Positions 22,673 to 32,633 of a stretch of DNA of 64,000 nucleotides are shown piece after piece. The stretch spans positions 980 through 64,979 of the forward strand of contig URHJ01000003.1 in assembly GCA_900547465.1 (NCBI GenBank), written 5' to 3'. The stretch is from an uncultured Mycoplasmatota bacterium (lineage in GTDB: Bacteria; Bacillota_I; Bacilli_A; RF39; UBA660). Positions within the stretch are counted from its first letter, which is position 1, and each line of letters opens with the position of its first letter. The position numbers were made by a program, and so were the translations under genes. Under the pieces are notes generated by a model. That model made no database searches. It was given only the letters and a program-made list of their open reading frames with translations, and was not told the DNA's origin.

Positions 22673-23698
22673 CTATTTTATAAACATTGCATCTCCAAAT
22701 GAGAAGAATCTGTATTTTTCTTTTACAGCTATATTATAAGCATTTAGAATATTATCTTTTCCTGCTAAAGCAGAAACAAGCATTACAAGTGTAGACTTTG
22801 GTAGGTGGAAATTTGTTATTAATCTATCTACTGCTTTAAATTCATATCCAGGATATATAAATATATCTGTCCAACCACTGCACTCTCTAAATTCACCATA
22901 TTTCGTCATAACAGTTTCTAAAACTCTTGTACTCGTTGTACCAACACTTACTATTTTTTTATGTTTTTCTTTTGTCTTTTTTAAGGTTTCAGCAACTTCT
23001 TTAGTCATATGATAGTATTCACTATGCATTTTATGTTTAGTTACATCAGAAACACTAACAGGTCTAAATGTACCAAGTCCTACATGAAGGGTAACGTAAC
23101 ATATATTAATTCCTTTATCTTCTATTTTCTTTAAAAGATCTTTTGTAAAATGTAGTCCTGCGGTTGGTGCTGCGGCACTTCCTACTTCTTTAGCATACAC
23201 AGTTTGATATCTAGATTGATCATTTAGTTTTTCATGAATATATGGTGGTAATGGCATAGTTCCTAATTTATCTAATATTTCATATAAAATACCATCATAT
23301 ATTAATGTAAAGTGTCTAATGCCATCATCTAATTCTTTGATACATTTTGCTTTTAACAAGCCATCACCAAAGCTAACAACTGTACCAACTTTTATTCTGC
23401 GTGCAGGTTTAGTTAGGCATTCCCAATCGTCTTTTTCAATATTTTTTAAGAGTAATATTTCTATTACGGCTTTTGTTTCTTCTTTTTCTCCGATTAATCT
23501 TGCTGGCAAAACCTTGGTATCATTTAAAACAAGAGTATCACCTTTTTCTAAGTAATCTATAATATCTGTAAAATGTTTATGTTCTACTTCTCCTGTTTTT
23601 TTATCTAAAACCATTAGTCTTGATGAATCTCTTTTTTCAAGTGGTGTTTGGGCAATTAATTCCTCGGGTAAATTATAATCAAAATCATCTGTTTTCAT
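22673..23698 (-). CDS. queA: S-adenosylmethionine:tRNA ribosyltransferase-isomerase
   Basis: [50 protein letters not shown]. Confidence 0.95.
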   Translation of the reverse strand: MKTDDFDYNLPEELIAQTPLEKRDSSRLMVLDKKTGEVEHKHFTDIIDYLEKGDTLVLNDTKVLPARLIGEKEETKAVIEILLLKNIEKDDWECLTKPARRIKVGTVVSFGDGLLKAKCIKELDDGIRHFTLIYDGILYEILDKLGTMPLPPYIHEKLNDQSRYQTVYAKEVGSAAAPTAGLHFTKDLLKKIEDKGINICYVTLHVGLGTFRPVSVSDVTKHKMHSEYYHMTKEVAETLKKTKEKHKKIVSVGTTSTRVLETVMTKYGEFRECSGWTDIFIYPGYEFKAVDRLITNFHLPKSTLVMLVSALAGKDNILNAYNIAVKEKYRFFSFGDAMFIK

Positions 23699-23713
23699 AC
23701 TATCAACTTCTTT

Positions 23714-24268
23714 CTATAAAGTAAAACCTGTTTCTTTAACGAACTCTTCAAATGTATCTTCAAACTTTATTTTGGCTACTTCATCATCCAACTCTTTAAC
23801 TGATCTATCATGAATAAACTTTTGCATTTGTTGTTGTTCGTTTAAAGGATATTTCCATTCTGTTAATTCTAAATATTTTAATCTTCTATCGTTTCTTGGT
23901 GTCTTTTTACATATTTCATGTAATGTTTCGGGCGTATACATTTCAAAACATTGTCTTTGATATTCAATAACGCCTATAGAACTATAACATGAAAGTAGAG
24001 CTATTTCTTCATTTGTTAGGCTTTCTGTTTTTTCTTGATATTGGTCCATTAATATTGCTGCCGATAAAATAGAAGCTAACTTTTGAAATTCTGTATATTC
24101 GTTATAAATAAGATTTGCAACTTTCATGAATCGATCATTATGTTCTAAATTTATAAGTGAAGGAACTGCTTCATCTAAGCAATTATAATATATTGTATAA
24201 GCATCATTTTTTTCTATACTATTTTTAATGATTCCACTAAGTTCTTGATAATTAAGTTTTTGTTTCAT
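23714..24268 (-). CDS. Hypothetical 184-aa protein inserted between ruvB and queA
   Basis: Long ORF on the operon strand, 5 nt after the ruvB stop and 15 nt before queA. I recognise no motif. Confidence 0.55.
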   Translation of the reverse strand: MKQKLNYQELSGIIKNSIEKNDAYTIYYNCLDEAVPSLINLEHNDRFMKVANLIYNEYTEFQKLASILSAAILMDQYQEKTESLTNEEIALLSCYSSIGVIEYQRQCFEMYTPETLHEICKKTPRNDRRLKYLELTEWKYPLNEQQQMQKFIHDRSVKELDDEVAKIKFEDTFEEFVKETGFTL

Positions 24269-24273
24269 AATAA

Positions 24274-25275
24274 CTACCTATCGTTACGATTTCTTCCTAA
24301 GATTTGATATCCGTAGTCAGTGACTATTCTTCCTCTACTTGTTCTTTTTAAAAAGCCTTGTTGTAGTAGATATGGTTCATAAACATCTTCAATTGTGGTT
24401 GCTTCTTCTCCAATTGAACTACTAATAGCATCTATTCCCACTGGTCCACCATTAAATTTATCAATAATAGTTAAAAGTAGATCTCTATCTGTACTATCTA
24501 GACCATTTTTATCTACTTTTAATCTTTCAAGCGCAATTTCTGTTATTTCTTTATCGATAACACCGTTTCCTAGGACATTGGCAAAATCACGTACTCTTTT
24601 TAAAAGTCTATTGGCAATTCTTGGTGTTCCCCTACTTCTACTGGCAAGTTCAACTGCAGCCTCTTTATCTATCTCTGTTCCTAGAACTCTTGCGGTTCTT
24701 TCAATAATTTGAGTTAATTCAGGTACTGTATAGAACTGTAGTTTTGAAACAATTCCGAATCTATCTCTTAATGGAGAAGTTAAATCTCCTGACCTAGTTG
24801 TTGCTCCAACCAAGGTAAATGGTGGCAAATCTATTTTTATATTTCTACTATTTCCATCGCTACCAATAATAATATCTAGTGTAAAGTCTTCCATTGCAGG
24901 ATATAGTATTTCTTCAATAAATTTAGGCATTCTGTGAATTTCATCAATAAATAATACATCACCAGGTTCTAGTGTAGATAAAACAGCTGCCAAATCGCCT
25001 GATTTTTCTATACTTGGACCACTTGCTGTTTTAATATTAGTTCCCATTTCATTAGCAATTATATAAGCAAGAGTAGTTTTTCCAAGTCCAGGAGGCCCAT
25101 ATAGTAAAACATGATCTAAGGCTTCTTTACGCATTTTAGCAGCTTCAATAAAGACTTTGATATTTTCTTTTACTTCAGTTTGTCCAATGTACTCATCTAA
25201 AATCTCTGGTCGAATAGAATTATCTAGAATTCCATCGTCTTTTACCTCTACATTTCTAACGACACTTTCTTCCAT
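24274..25275 (-). CDS. ruvB: Holliday junction helicase RuvB
   Basis: [12 protein letters not shown], Walker [33 protein letters not shown]. Confidence 0.97.
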   Translation of the reverse strand: MEESVVRNVEVKDDGILDNSIRPEILDEYIGQTEVKENIKVFIEAAKMRKEALDHVLLYGPPGLGKTTLAYIIANEMGTNIKTASGPSIEKSGDLAAVLSTLEPGDVLFIDEIHRMPKFIEEILYPAMEDFTLDIIIGSDGNSRNIKIDLPPFTLVGATTRSGDLTSPLRDRFGIVSKLQFYTVPELTQIIERTARVLGTEIDKEAAVELASRSRGTPRIANRLLKRVRDFANVLGNGVIDKEITEIALERLKVDKNGLDSTDRDLLLTIIDKFNGGPVGIDAISSSIGEEATTIEDVYEPYLLQQGFLKRTSRGRIVTDYGYQILGRNRNDR

Positions 25276-25621
25276 TATTATCCCTCCTACTATCTAAAAC
25301 ATAATAGTTACTATTACATCTTTTACTTATTTCAACTCTAAAAATACTATCCATAAATTTTTCTCTATCTATAATATAAGATTTATCATTGATAGCCATA
25401 AGTAAAGATGTATACAAGTATTCTTGTATATCATTTTGAAAATCATAAATATTATTATTCATTTCATGAATTTGATAAATACCATGTATTAATTTTTTAT
25501 ACTTCGTCGATGGTATATCAACGGTTACTTTCCATTCACTATTTGCAGTCCAAAAGAACTCTAAGCTACTTTCAAAAGCTCTTTGTTCTAAGACATCACT
25601 TATTTTTGTTACTTTTTTCAT
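25256..25621 (-). CDS. Hypothetical 121-aa protein inserted between ruvA and ruvB
   Basis: The ORF starts 4 nt after the ruvA stop and overlaps the ruvB start by 20 nt. It has no SD, so reinitiation coupling would be needed. No recognisable motif. Confidence 0.45.
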   Translation of the reverse strand: MKKVTKISDVLEQRAFESSLEFFWTANSEWKVTVDIPSTKYKKLIHGIYQIHEMNNNIYDFQNDIQEYLYTSLLMAINDKSYIIDREKFMDSIFRVEISKRCNSNYYVLDSRRDNNGRKCR

Positions 25622-25625
25622 AAAT

Positions 25626-26180
25626 TTATTTTAAGAGTAATTTTAAAGATTCTTTGACTTGAGATTCTATTGGAAGAGTACTATCAACCTTTGAAACAAC
25701 TGTTTTTATTTCTTTTTCTTTATAACCTAGTCCTTTTAGTACCTCAATTAATTCATCTTTATTATCTTCTTCTATATTATTAGCAATTACTCCTAGTTTT
25801 CCTTTCAAATCTAAAATCATTTGTTTTGCAAGTTTATCACCAATCTTAGGAAACTTTTTTAAATATAATACATTTTCTCTTTCGATTGCGTCCATTATAC
25901 CTTCTGGTGTTGCGGCTGCTAAAATAGGAAGTGCCATCTTACAACCTAGTCCTTTTACTCCGATAAGTTTAAGAAATAGGTTTTTTTCGTCTTTATTTTG
26001 GAATCCAAATAAGCTATTATCATCTTCTTTAATTTGTTGATAAGTAAAAATTTTATATTCCTTGTTTTCTTGATATGAATATGGATTTGGAACATAAATG
26101 ATATATCCTATTCCATTGTTTTCAATAACTACATGGTCATATTCAATGCTTGCAATTTTACCTGTTATATAATCATACAT
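25626..26180 (-). CDS. ruvA: Holliday junction DNA helicase RuvA
   Basis: MYDYITGKI...GIGY, then HhH motifs (LIGVKGLGCKMAL; FPKIGDKLAKQMI). GGAGGAAG SD before the ATG at 26180. Confidence 0.92.
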   Translation of the reverse strand: MYDYITGKIASIEYDHVVIENNGIGYIIYVPNPYSYQENKEYKIFTYQQIKEDDNSLFGFQNKDEKNLFLKLIGVKGLGCKMALPILAAATPEGIMDAIERENVLYLKKFPKIGDKLAKQMILDLKGKLGVIANNIEEDNKDELIEVLKGLGYKEKEIKTVVSKVDSTLPIESQVKESLKLLLK

Positions 26181-26213
26181 AGTATCTTCCTCCTTTCTAT
26201 ATTCTATCATTAA

Positions 26214-26227
26214 TACAAACATTTGTA
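26214..26227 (-). promoter_or_regulatory. Candidate LexA-type operator upstream of ruvA
   Basis: 14-bp palindrome TACAAACATTTGTA, 34 nt upstream of the ruvA ATG. It shares the 10-mer AAACATTTGT with the lexA promoter box. Confidence 0.3.
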
Positions 26228-26252
26228 CAGAAAAAAAGAACCTATCAGTTCT

Positions 26253-26897
26253 TTAATTACTACTTAGATTAACACTGTCTACTATTATTTTTCCGTGGTA
26301 ATGTTTTCCTAAGACATTATTAGAAGCATTTTCTTTAATCCACATTCTAATATCATAGTTAGCTTGTGACTGTGATGCAATAACACCTTCAGCAACAACA
26401 TAATCATTAGAATCCTTATCACTTAATAAGAAACTATTATCATTACCTACTTTTACTTTTATATCAGAAAAATCAAGTAAATTATTCTGACAACCATCTT
26501 TTTCAATCATATCTGTATCATTTACTATTCTTATTTTATATGATGCATCTAAGGTTCCTGTATTAGTGATAGTGAATGTATATGGTTTTTCTTTAGCTCC
26601 TTCTTCATCAGATTCTGGATAAGCTCCATTTAGATTGATTACATTTCCGTCTTTATTTTCACTAAAGTCTATTTTTAATGTACCTACTGTAATTGTATTA
26701 TAATTTTCAGATTTAACTGTTGTTGAAAAGATAGCGTAAGCTGTAGATATCATTAACATTAAAACTAAAAATATAGAAAATATAATCCATTTTATTTCCC
26801 TAGACATTATTTTTGATAAGTAACCTTTTTGATTTTCATTCTTTTCTTTTTTATGATAATTATTAATTTTAATTTTTCTTCTATTTCTATTTGCCAT
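26253..26897 (-). CDS. Secreted or membrane-anchored protein with a TasA/camelysin-type (SipW-class) signal region
   Basis: Basic N-terminus, a TM helix, then STAYA-IFSTTVKSENYNTITVGTLKIDF. This mirrors the TasA/CalY leader pattern WA-AFND...GTLDL. Downstream FTITNTGTLDASYKIRI is a beta-rich body. Confidence 0.55.
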   Translation of the reverse strand: MANRNRRKIKINNYHKKEKNENQKGYLSKIMSREIKWIIFSIFLVLMLMISTAYAIFSTTVKSENYNTITVGTLKIDFSENKDGNVINLNGAYPESDEEGAKEKPYTFTITNTGTLDASYKIRIVNDTDMIEKDGCQNNLLDFSDIKVKVGNDNSFLLSDKDSNDYVVAEGVIASQSQANYDIRMWIKENASNNVLGKHYHGKIIVDSVNLSSN

Positions 26898-26942
26898 TTT
26901 ATCACTTACCTTACTATACTTATAGCATCATTATAACATAAA

Positions 26943-26967
26943 AAGAATATCCAGTATAGATATTCTT
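26943..26967 (-). terminator. Terminator after holA
   Basis: AAGAATATC / GATATTCTT stem followed by a T-run on the minus strand. Confidence 0.65.
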
Positions 26968-27909
26968 TTAGTTTTTTTGACTAATAATTAATGACTCAAT
27001 GGCTACTGACTGATCTATTTTACCTGTTTTTATTTTTAAATCTATATCAGCTAAAAGATGAGTGAATTCATAGATATCCTTATTTGAATATAAAACTCCA
27101 TACTCTGCCATCTTTTTTATTTGATATGTTGATTTAACGCCTAGGGAACTTGCAATTTCTTGATTAGATAATCCTCTGTTTTTTAGAATCTTTACTTGAT
27201 GAATTAATCTAATCTGAGATGCTAGTAAACCTATTATAGAATAGACATCCATTTGATATTTTTTTAATTTTTCATAATCTTGTAGGGCTTTTCTTTTATC
27301 TTTACTAATAATTGAATTAGTCATTGAATATAGAACTTCACTTGAATCTCCTAATTTTTCAACAACTAATAGATCAATATCTTCTCTGCTAATTTTTTTT
27401 GTATCAAATCTATATATTTGCAATTTATCGCATTCACTATCTAATTTAGTAATATCTTCTTTACATAAATCAATTAAATGGTTAATATCACTTGTACTAA
27501 TCTCATATCCAGATAGTTTTTCTTTTACAAATTTTTCTGGATTCATTTCAATTTTTAGGTACTCTATATTTTTATTTTTCTTGATATTTTTGATAAAAGT
27601 AAGTCTACTATCTAGTTTATTACTAGTTATAATTAAAAGATTGTCTGGATTAGAATTATCAATGTATTTTTGTAAGTGGTTTAGCTCTTTTTCACTTGCA
27701 TTTAGAAAAGCATTTCTAATAATTATTATTTTTTTATCACTTAGAAATGAATATGTATCTAAATCTTCTAGGGCAAGTTCCAGACTAGATTCTTCTAAAT
27801 CGTAAGTAGCCTGGTATTGTCCTTCAAAGCCTTGTTTTTTTATCATTTCAGTTATTTTTTTTGATAGAGCTAAATCATCACTACATTCTAATAAATAATT
27901 ACTCTGCAT
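26968..27909 (-). CDS. holA: DNA polymerase III delta subunit
   Basis: 313 aa with YqeN/HolA-like layout: SFLSDKKIIIIRNA, NLLIITSNKLDSR, KLDSECDKLQIY, and a C-terminal DLKIKTGKID. Overlaps the alaS stop. Confidence 0.75.
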   Translation of the reverse strand: MQSNYLLECSDDLALSKKITEMIKKQGFEGQYQATYDLEESSLELALEDLDTYSFLSDKKIIIIRNAFLNASEKELNHLQKYIDNSNPDNLLIITSNKLDSRLTFIKNIKKNKNIEYLKIEMNPEKFVKEKLSGYEISTSDINHLIDLCKEDITKLDSECDKLQIYRFDTKKISREDIDLLVVEKLGDSSEVLYSMTNSIISKDKRKALQDYEKLKKYQMDVYSIIGLLASQIRLIHQVKILKNRGLSNQEIASSLGVKSTYQIKKMAEYGVLYSNKDIYEFTHLLADIDLKIKTGKIDQSVAIESLIISQKN

Positions 27910-30592
27910 TTTCTAATTCTTTCTCGATGTCATCAAATATTTGATCTAAACATTCAATAGTTTTTCCTCCACCTTGAGCAAAAGTAGGACTTCCTCCTCC
28001 ATTACCACCTGCTATAGTTGATGCTTCTTTGACAATGAATCCAGCATTAACTGAACAATTGCTTCTTGCAATAAATAAAACACTTGTTAAATCTTTTACG
28101 TTAGCAAAGAAGACAAAGCCTTTATCCATTTCATTAACTAGAGAATCAGCTACTGTTTTTAGAATATTTATATCTTCATTTTCTACTCTCATAATAATTC
28201 CAGAGATGTTGTTGTATTTTCTAATTTGATTTTTATAAATATCTAGATTTTCTAAAGATTTATTCTTTTTTAGTTCATTATATTTCTTTTCTAAGTCTTT
28301 AACTTCTTTTTGAATGTATGAAAGTTCGTTTTTATTAAATATAATATCTTTGTATGATACTGGTTTTGAATTATCTATTTCAACGTCAAATTCTAGGTCT
28401 ATTTCTTCTTTTTTTGCTTCTGATAAAATTTCTTTGGCTTTCATTAATAATTTTATCATTTCATCGTTATATGGTTTAATTACATCAAATAATTGTTGTT
28501 CAGCACGTGATGCAGTTGCAGCTTCTATTCTATATGTGTTACTTCCTTTTGATTCAAAGTTATAAATGGCAAAATTTCTAATGTCTGATGTATTAGCAGC
28601 ATGAGTACCACCACATAATTCTATTGATTTACCAATTTTTACAACACGAACTTTATCACCGTATTTTTCATTAAATAAAGCCATTGCACCTAATTCTTTG
28701 GCAGCATCAATTGGCATAACCTCAGTTGAAACGATAATTTTTTTTGCTATTTCATTGTTTACATATTCCTCTACTTTAACAAGGTCATCATCGGAAATTT
28801 TTCCAGAATAAGTGAAATCAAAACGAAGGCGTTCATCATCGACATAACTACCTGCTTGTTTAATTGTTTTAGACACGACTTGTTGTAATGCAAGTTGTAA
28901 TAGATGTACACTTGAATGGTTTGCTTCTATTCTACGGCGTCTATCTTTATCAACAACTAATTCACAGTCATCATTTACTTTTATTTCTCCATCTAATAGT
29001 CTAACTTTATGAATATTTTGACCATTTGGTCCTTTGAATACATCAACTACACGAGCTTTAAAATTCTTACCAATAATCATTCCGGTATCACTAACTTGAC
29101 CGCCTGCTTCAGCATAGAAACAAGTTCTTTTTAATGCAATATATCCATCATGATCTAGTGATTTTTCTAAATTATCTTTAGAAAATATCGCAAGTACATT
29201 ACTTTTAACACGATAAAGTCCATAGACAAATTTACTTTCTTTAGTAAAGTCTAATAGTACTTTCTTTTGAGAAGCCATTGCTGATTTATTTTTAGCGTTT
29301 TTCTTAGCTAATTCTCTTTGAGCTTTCATGTATTTATCAAATTCATCTTTATCTGTAGTGTAACCTAATTCCTCTAAATATTCTAGGGTAAGTTCAAATG
29401 GGAATCCATAAGTATCATATAATTTAAAGGCATCTTCTCCACTGATCTTACCATCATTAGAGTTTTTAACTAATTCTTTTAATCTAGCTTCTCCTGCATC
29501 TAATGTTTTAAAGAATAATTTTTCTTCTTCTAATACTTGTGTTTCTATAAATGGTCTTTTTTCTTTTAGATTAGGATAGAATTCTCCCATAACATCTACA
29601 ACATCTGAAACTAGTTTATACATAAATGGTTCTTTTAGATTTAGATGTTGTCCCATTCTAATACTACGACGTAACAATCTTCTTAAAACATAACCTCTAC
29701 CTACATTTTCAAAAGTTGCTCCATCTGATAAGGCAAAAGTGATAGCTCTTATATGGTCTACTATTACTTTTATTTCTTTTTGAGAAGCATATAAAACTCC
29801 TGTTAGTTCTTCTACATGTTTTATCATAGGTTGGAATAAGTCTGTATCAAAGTTACTATCTACATCTTGGAAAATAACTGCCCAACGTTCAAGTCCTGCA
29901 CCTGTATCAATATTTTTATGAGGAAGTTCTTTATAATTTTTTCTTGCTACTCCTTCTTTTGAATTGTATTGACTAAATACATTATTCCAAATTTCTATGT
30001 AACGTTCTTGTTCTTCATCGTTTTTGAATTTTTCTAATGCTGTACCATCTTTATCATATTTTTCTCCTCTATCAAAGAAAATTTCTGAATCAGGTCCACA
30101 TGGTCCTTCTCCTATCTCCCAAAAGTTTTCTTCTAGTTTTATGATATGATCTTCAATAAATCCTACTTCTACCCATTTATCATAACTAGCTTGATCTTCT
30201 GGATATACTGTAACATATAACAATTCTTTAGGTATCGCAAACCATTTTTCTGATGTTAATAGTTCAAAGGCAAACTCGATCGCTTCTTCTTTAAAGTAAT
30301 CACCAATAGAAAAGTTACCCATCATTTCAAAGAATGTTTGGTGTCTTTTTGTTACTCCTACATTTTCTATATCGTTAGTTCTGATACATTTTTGAATACT
30401 TGTAATTCTTTTTGCATCAGGTACAACAGTTCCATCAAAATATTTTTTTAATGGTGTAACTCCTGCATTAATCCATAGTAGGCTATCATCATTAATAGGT
30501 ACTAATGGTGCAGACGGAAATACTTTATGTCCTTTTTCGACAAAGAAATCAAGCCACATCTTTCTAATTTCATTACTTGTCATTTTCTTCAT
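27899..30592 (-). CDS. alaS: Alanine--tRNA ligase
   Basis: MKKMTSNEIRKMWLDFFVEKGH, FTNAG-like WINAGV, editing domain HSSVHLLQ, CGGTH, and a C-terminal DHHA1 with GGGSPTFAQGGG. GGAGGT SD before the ATG at 30592. Confidence 0.97.
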   Translation of the reverse strand: MKKMTSNEIRKMWLDFFVEKGHKVFPSAPLVPINDDSLLWINAGVTPLKKYFDGTVVPDAKRITSIQKCIRTNDIENVGVTKRHQTFFEMMGNFSIGDYFKEEAIEFAFELLTSEKWFAIPKELLYVTVYPEDQASYDKWVEVGFIEDHIIKLEENFWEIGEGPCGPDSEIFFDRGEKYDKDGTALEKFKNDEEQERYIEIWNNVFSQYNSKEGVARKNYKELPHKNIDTGAGLERWAVIFQDVDSNFDTDLFQPMIKHVEELTGVLYASQKEIKVIVDHIRAITFALSDGATFENVGRGYVLRRLLRRSIRMGQHLNLKEPFMYKLVSDVVDVMGEFYPNLKEKRPFIETQVLEEEKLFFKTLDAGEARLKELVKNSNDGKISGEDAFKLYDTYGFPFELTLEYLEELGYTTDKDEFDKYMKAQRELAKKNAKNKSAMASQKKVLLDFTKESKFVYGLYRVKSNVLAIFSKDNLEKSLDHDGYIALKRTCFYAEAGGQVSDTGMIIGKNFKARVVDVFKGPNGQNIHKVRLLDGEIKVNDDCELVVDKDRRRRIEANHSSVHLLQLALQQVVSKTIKQAGSYVDDERLRFDFTYSGKISDDDLVKVEEYVNNEIAKKIIVSTEVMPIDAAKELGAMALFNEKYGDKVRVVKIGKSIELCGGTHAANTSDIRNFAIYNFESKGSNTYRIEAATASRAEQQLFDVIKPYNDEMIKLLMKAKEILSEAKKEEIDLEFDVEIDNSKPVSYKDIIFNKNELSYIQKEVKDLEKKYNELKKNKSLENLDIYKNQIRKYNNISGIIMRVENEDINILKTVADSLVNEMDKGFVFFANVKDLTSVLFIARSNCSVNAGFIVKEASTIAGGNGGGSPTFAQGGGKTIECLDQIFDDIEKELENAE

Positions 30593-31145
30593 TTTGCATA
30601 CCTCCAATTTCATTTAATATTTGATCTAATCTTTTATGATAGTCATCTATACTACCATTGTTTAGAATAAAGTAATCAGCCATAGAAATAGGTCCACCTT
30701 TTGCAAGATTTTCTATCTCTGAAATATCTCTTTTAGTAATTTCTTTTTTATTCAATGGTCTAACCTTTCTAGTACCAACTCTTTCATATCTAATATTTTT
30801 ATCAGTTACAATTGCGATAATTTTAAGCATATCGCCGAATGTTTCTTTTAAGACTAGATATTCGTCCCAAGAATATAATCCATCTAGAACTGTATCATTA
30901 TTCTTAATACTTTCTTTAATTTTGGGAAGAAGTAAAATAGCCATTGCTGCCATACCATGTTCATTTCTTAAGCGTTCTCTCATCATTTTTTCATTATCTG
31001 GATTTATTTCTAATCCTTCACTTTTTAGTGTATCTAATACTACTCCACCAAAATAAATTTTATTGAAACCCTCTTTTTCTAGATAATCGGAAGCTACACT
31101 CTTACCGCTTCCACTCATTCCTACAATAGCAATTAACTTTTTCAT
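30573..31145 (-). CDS. P-loop nucleotide/nucleoside kinase-like protein (dephospho-CoA kinase-like / UPF0200-like)
   Basis: Walker A IVGMSGSGKS at the N-terminus, 190 aa. First gene behind the Ala T-box; its end overlaps the alaS start. Confidence 0.5.
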   Translation of the reverse strand: MKKLIAIVGMSGSGKSVASDYLEKEGFNKIYFGGVVLDTLKSEGLEINPDNEKMMRERLRNEHGMAAMAILLLPKIKESIKNNDTVLDGLYSWDEYLVLKETFGDMLKIIAIVTDKNIRYERVGTRKVRPLNKKEITKRDISEIENLAKGGPISMADYFILNNGSIDDYHKRLDQILNEIGGMQNEENDK

Positions 31146-31320
31146 AACATCCTCCTCTTTTTAATACAAATAAAAGACCAAATCTAGGAGGACATAATGC
31201 CCGGTACCATCCTAAATACGGTCTTAATTCTGATAAAGGTCTCCCTTTTAAAACTAAAAAGTAGCTTTCATAAAAGTATTAGACTAATTTCCACCAAACA
31301 TTAGCTCTCTATACTAATAA
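31146..31320 (-). promoter_or_regulatory. T-box leader, Ala specifier (GCU)
   Basis: Minus-strand RNA contains AGAGAG, GGTGGAAA, AAA-GCT-A in specifier position, and the T-box sequence TAGGATGGTACCGGGC. A terminator stem and T-run precede the GAGGAGG SD. Confidence 0.8.
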
Positions 31321-31349
31321 CTGTTTATTACTTTTCTTTTATTATTGTT

Positions 31350-32489
31350 TTAATTATCTTTTAATTTTTGCATAACTTCTACCTTTTCATCGATGAAGGT
31401 GAAGACTACTTTTATTGTTGCAATTACAGGTGTTGCGATAATCATACCTATAATACCAAAGAAATGCTCAAAAATCAATAAGCCAAGCATAATTGTTACA
31501 GGGTGAAGACTCATCGCATGTCCCATTATCAATGGTTGATAGAAATTGTTTTCTAATAGTTGTACTACTACAATTGATATGATACAGAATATTCCAACAA
31601 GTGGAGAAATTGTAAATCCAACTAGTACTGCTGGTATAGCTCCAATATATGGACCAAAATATGGAATTACATCAGTAATAGCACAGAAGAAAGCAAAGAT
31701 AAGTGGTGCTTTTAATCCTGCTAAAGTTAGTCCGATACTTTGAGTAATAAATACTAAAAGCATAACAGTAAGTACTCCTGTAACATATCCTCTTAGAGAA
31801 TGATTAACTCTAGACATTAATTCTTTAGCATCAGATAAATATCTTTTAGGCACAAATTCATAGATAACATCGTTAACTTTATCAAAGTCATATAACATAT
31901 AGAAACCTATCATTATTCCTAAAATTAAGAACATTCCACCACTAACTATATTCTTACCACAAACAAGAAGCATATTAGGAATTCTAGTAGTTAGACTAGT
32001 TCCAAAGTTTTCTAAGTGAGAATATACTTGTTCTTTTACAATATTTGTATCAAAACTACCATTTCCAAATACATTTAAAACATTATTAACAACTTTCTTG
32101 AAATCTGCTAGAATACTAGGAATAGTTGTAATAAAGTCTTTTACCTGTTCTATTAAAGATGGTGTTAAAAGTGCAAAGAATAAAACAAGTAGACCTATAA
32201 ATATAAGATAAACTAATATACAGGCCACTACCCTTGGTATTTTTTTCTTTTGTAAAAACTTAACTACTGGATCAAATAACCAAGCAATAATCAATCCAAT
32301 AAATACTGGTGAAATAACTATAAATATCTCTTTTAATATTTTTAAAATATTCAACTCTTTCATTAAAGATAATATTAAAGAAACCACAGCAATAACTACT
32401 ATAATAAAGCCCACTTTTAAAATTTTATTAGAAGTAGATATTACACCATTTAAACCTTCAATATCTAATTCTTCTTTTTTTCTTCGCAT
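31350..32489 (-). CDS. AI-2E family transporter (PerM/UPF0118)
   Basis: 379 aa, about 8 TM segments, with the central cytoplasmic loop and PYFGPYIGAIP motif typical of the family. Confidence 0.7.
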   Translation of the reverse strand: MRRKKEELDIEGLNGVISTSNKILKVGFIIVVIAVVSLILSLMKELNILKILKEIFIVISPVFIGLIIAWLFDPVVKFLQKKKIPRVVACILVYLIFIGLLVLFFALLTPSLIEQVKDFITTIPSILADFKKVVNNVLNVFGNGSFDTNIVKEQVYSHLENFGTSLTTRIPNMLLVCGKNIVSGGMFLILGIMIGFYMLYDFDKVNDVIYEFVPKRYLSDAKELMSRVNHSLRGYVTGVLTVMLLVFITQSIGLTLAGLKAPLIFAFFCAITDVIPYFGPYIGAIPAVLVGFTISPLVGIFCIISIVVVQLLENNFYQPLIMGHAMSLHPVTIMLGLLIFEHFFGIIGMIIATPVIATIKVVFTFIDEKVEVMQKLKDN

Positions 32490-32633
32490 ATTATCACACT
32501 CCTACTTTTATTATAGCATAATTAGATAAGAAATAAGAATAATATTTTTAAGATATTAGTTTTAATTATGAAAAAGTAAGTAAGTTATTTTACTTTTCCC
32601 TTATTTTATATATAATAAAGGTGGTGAAGAATT

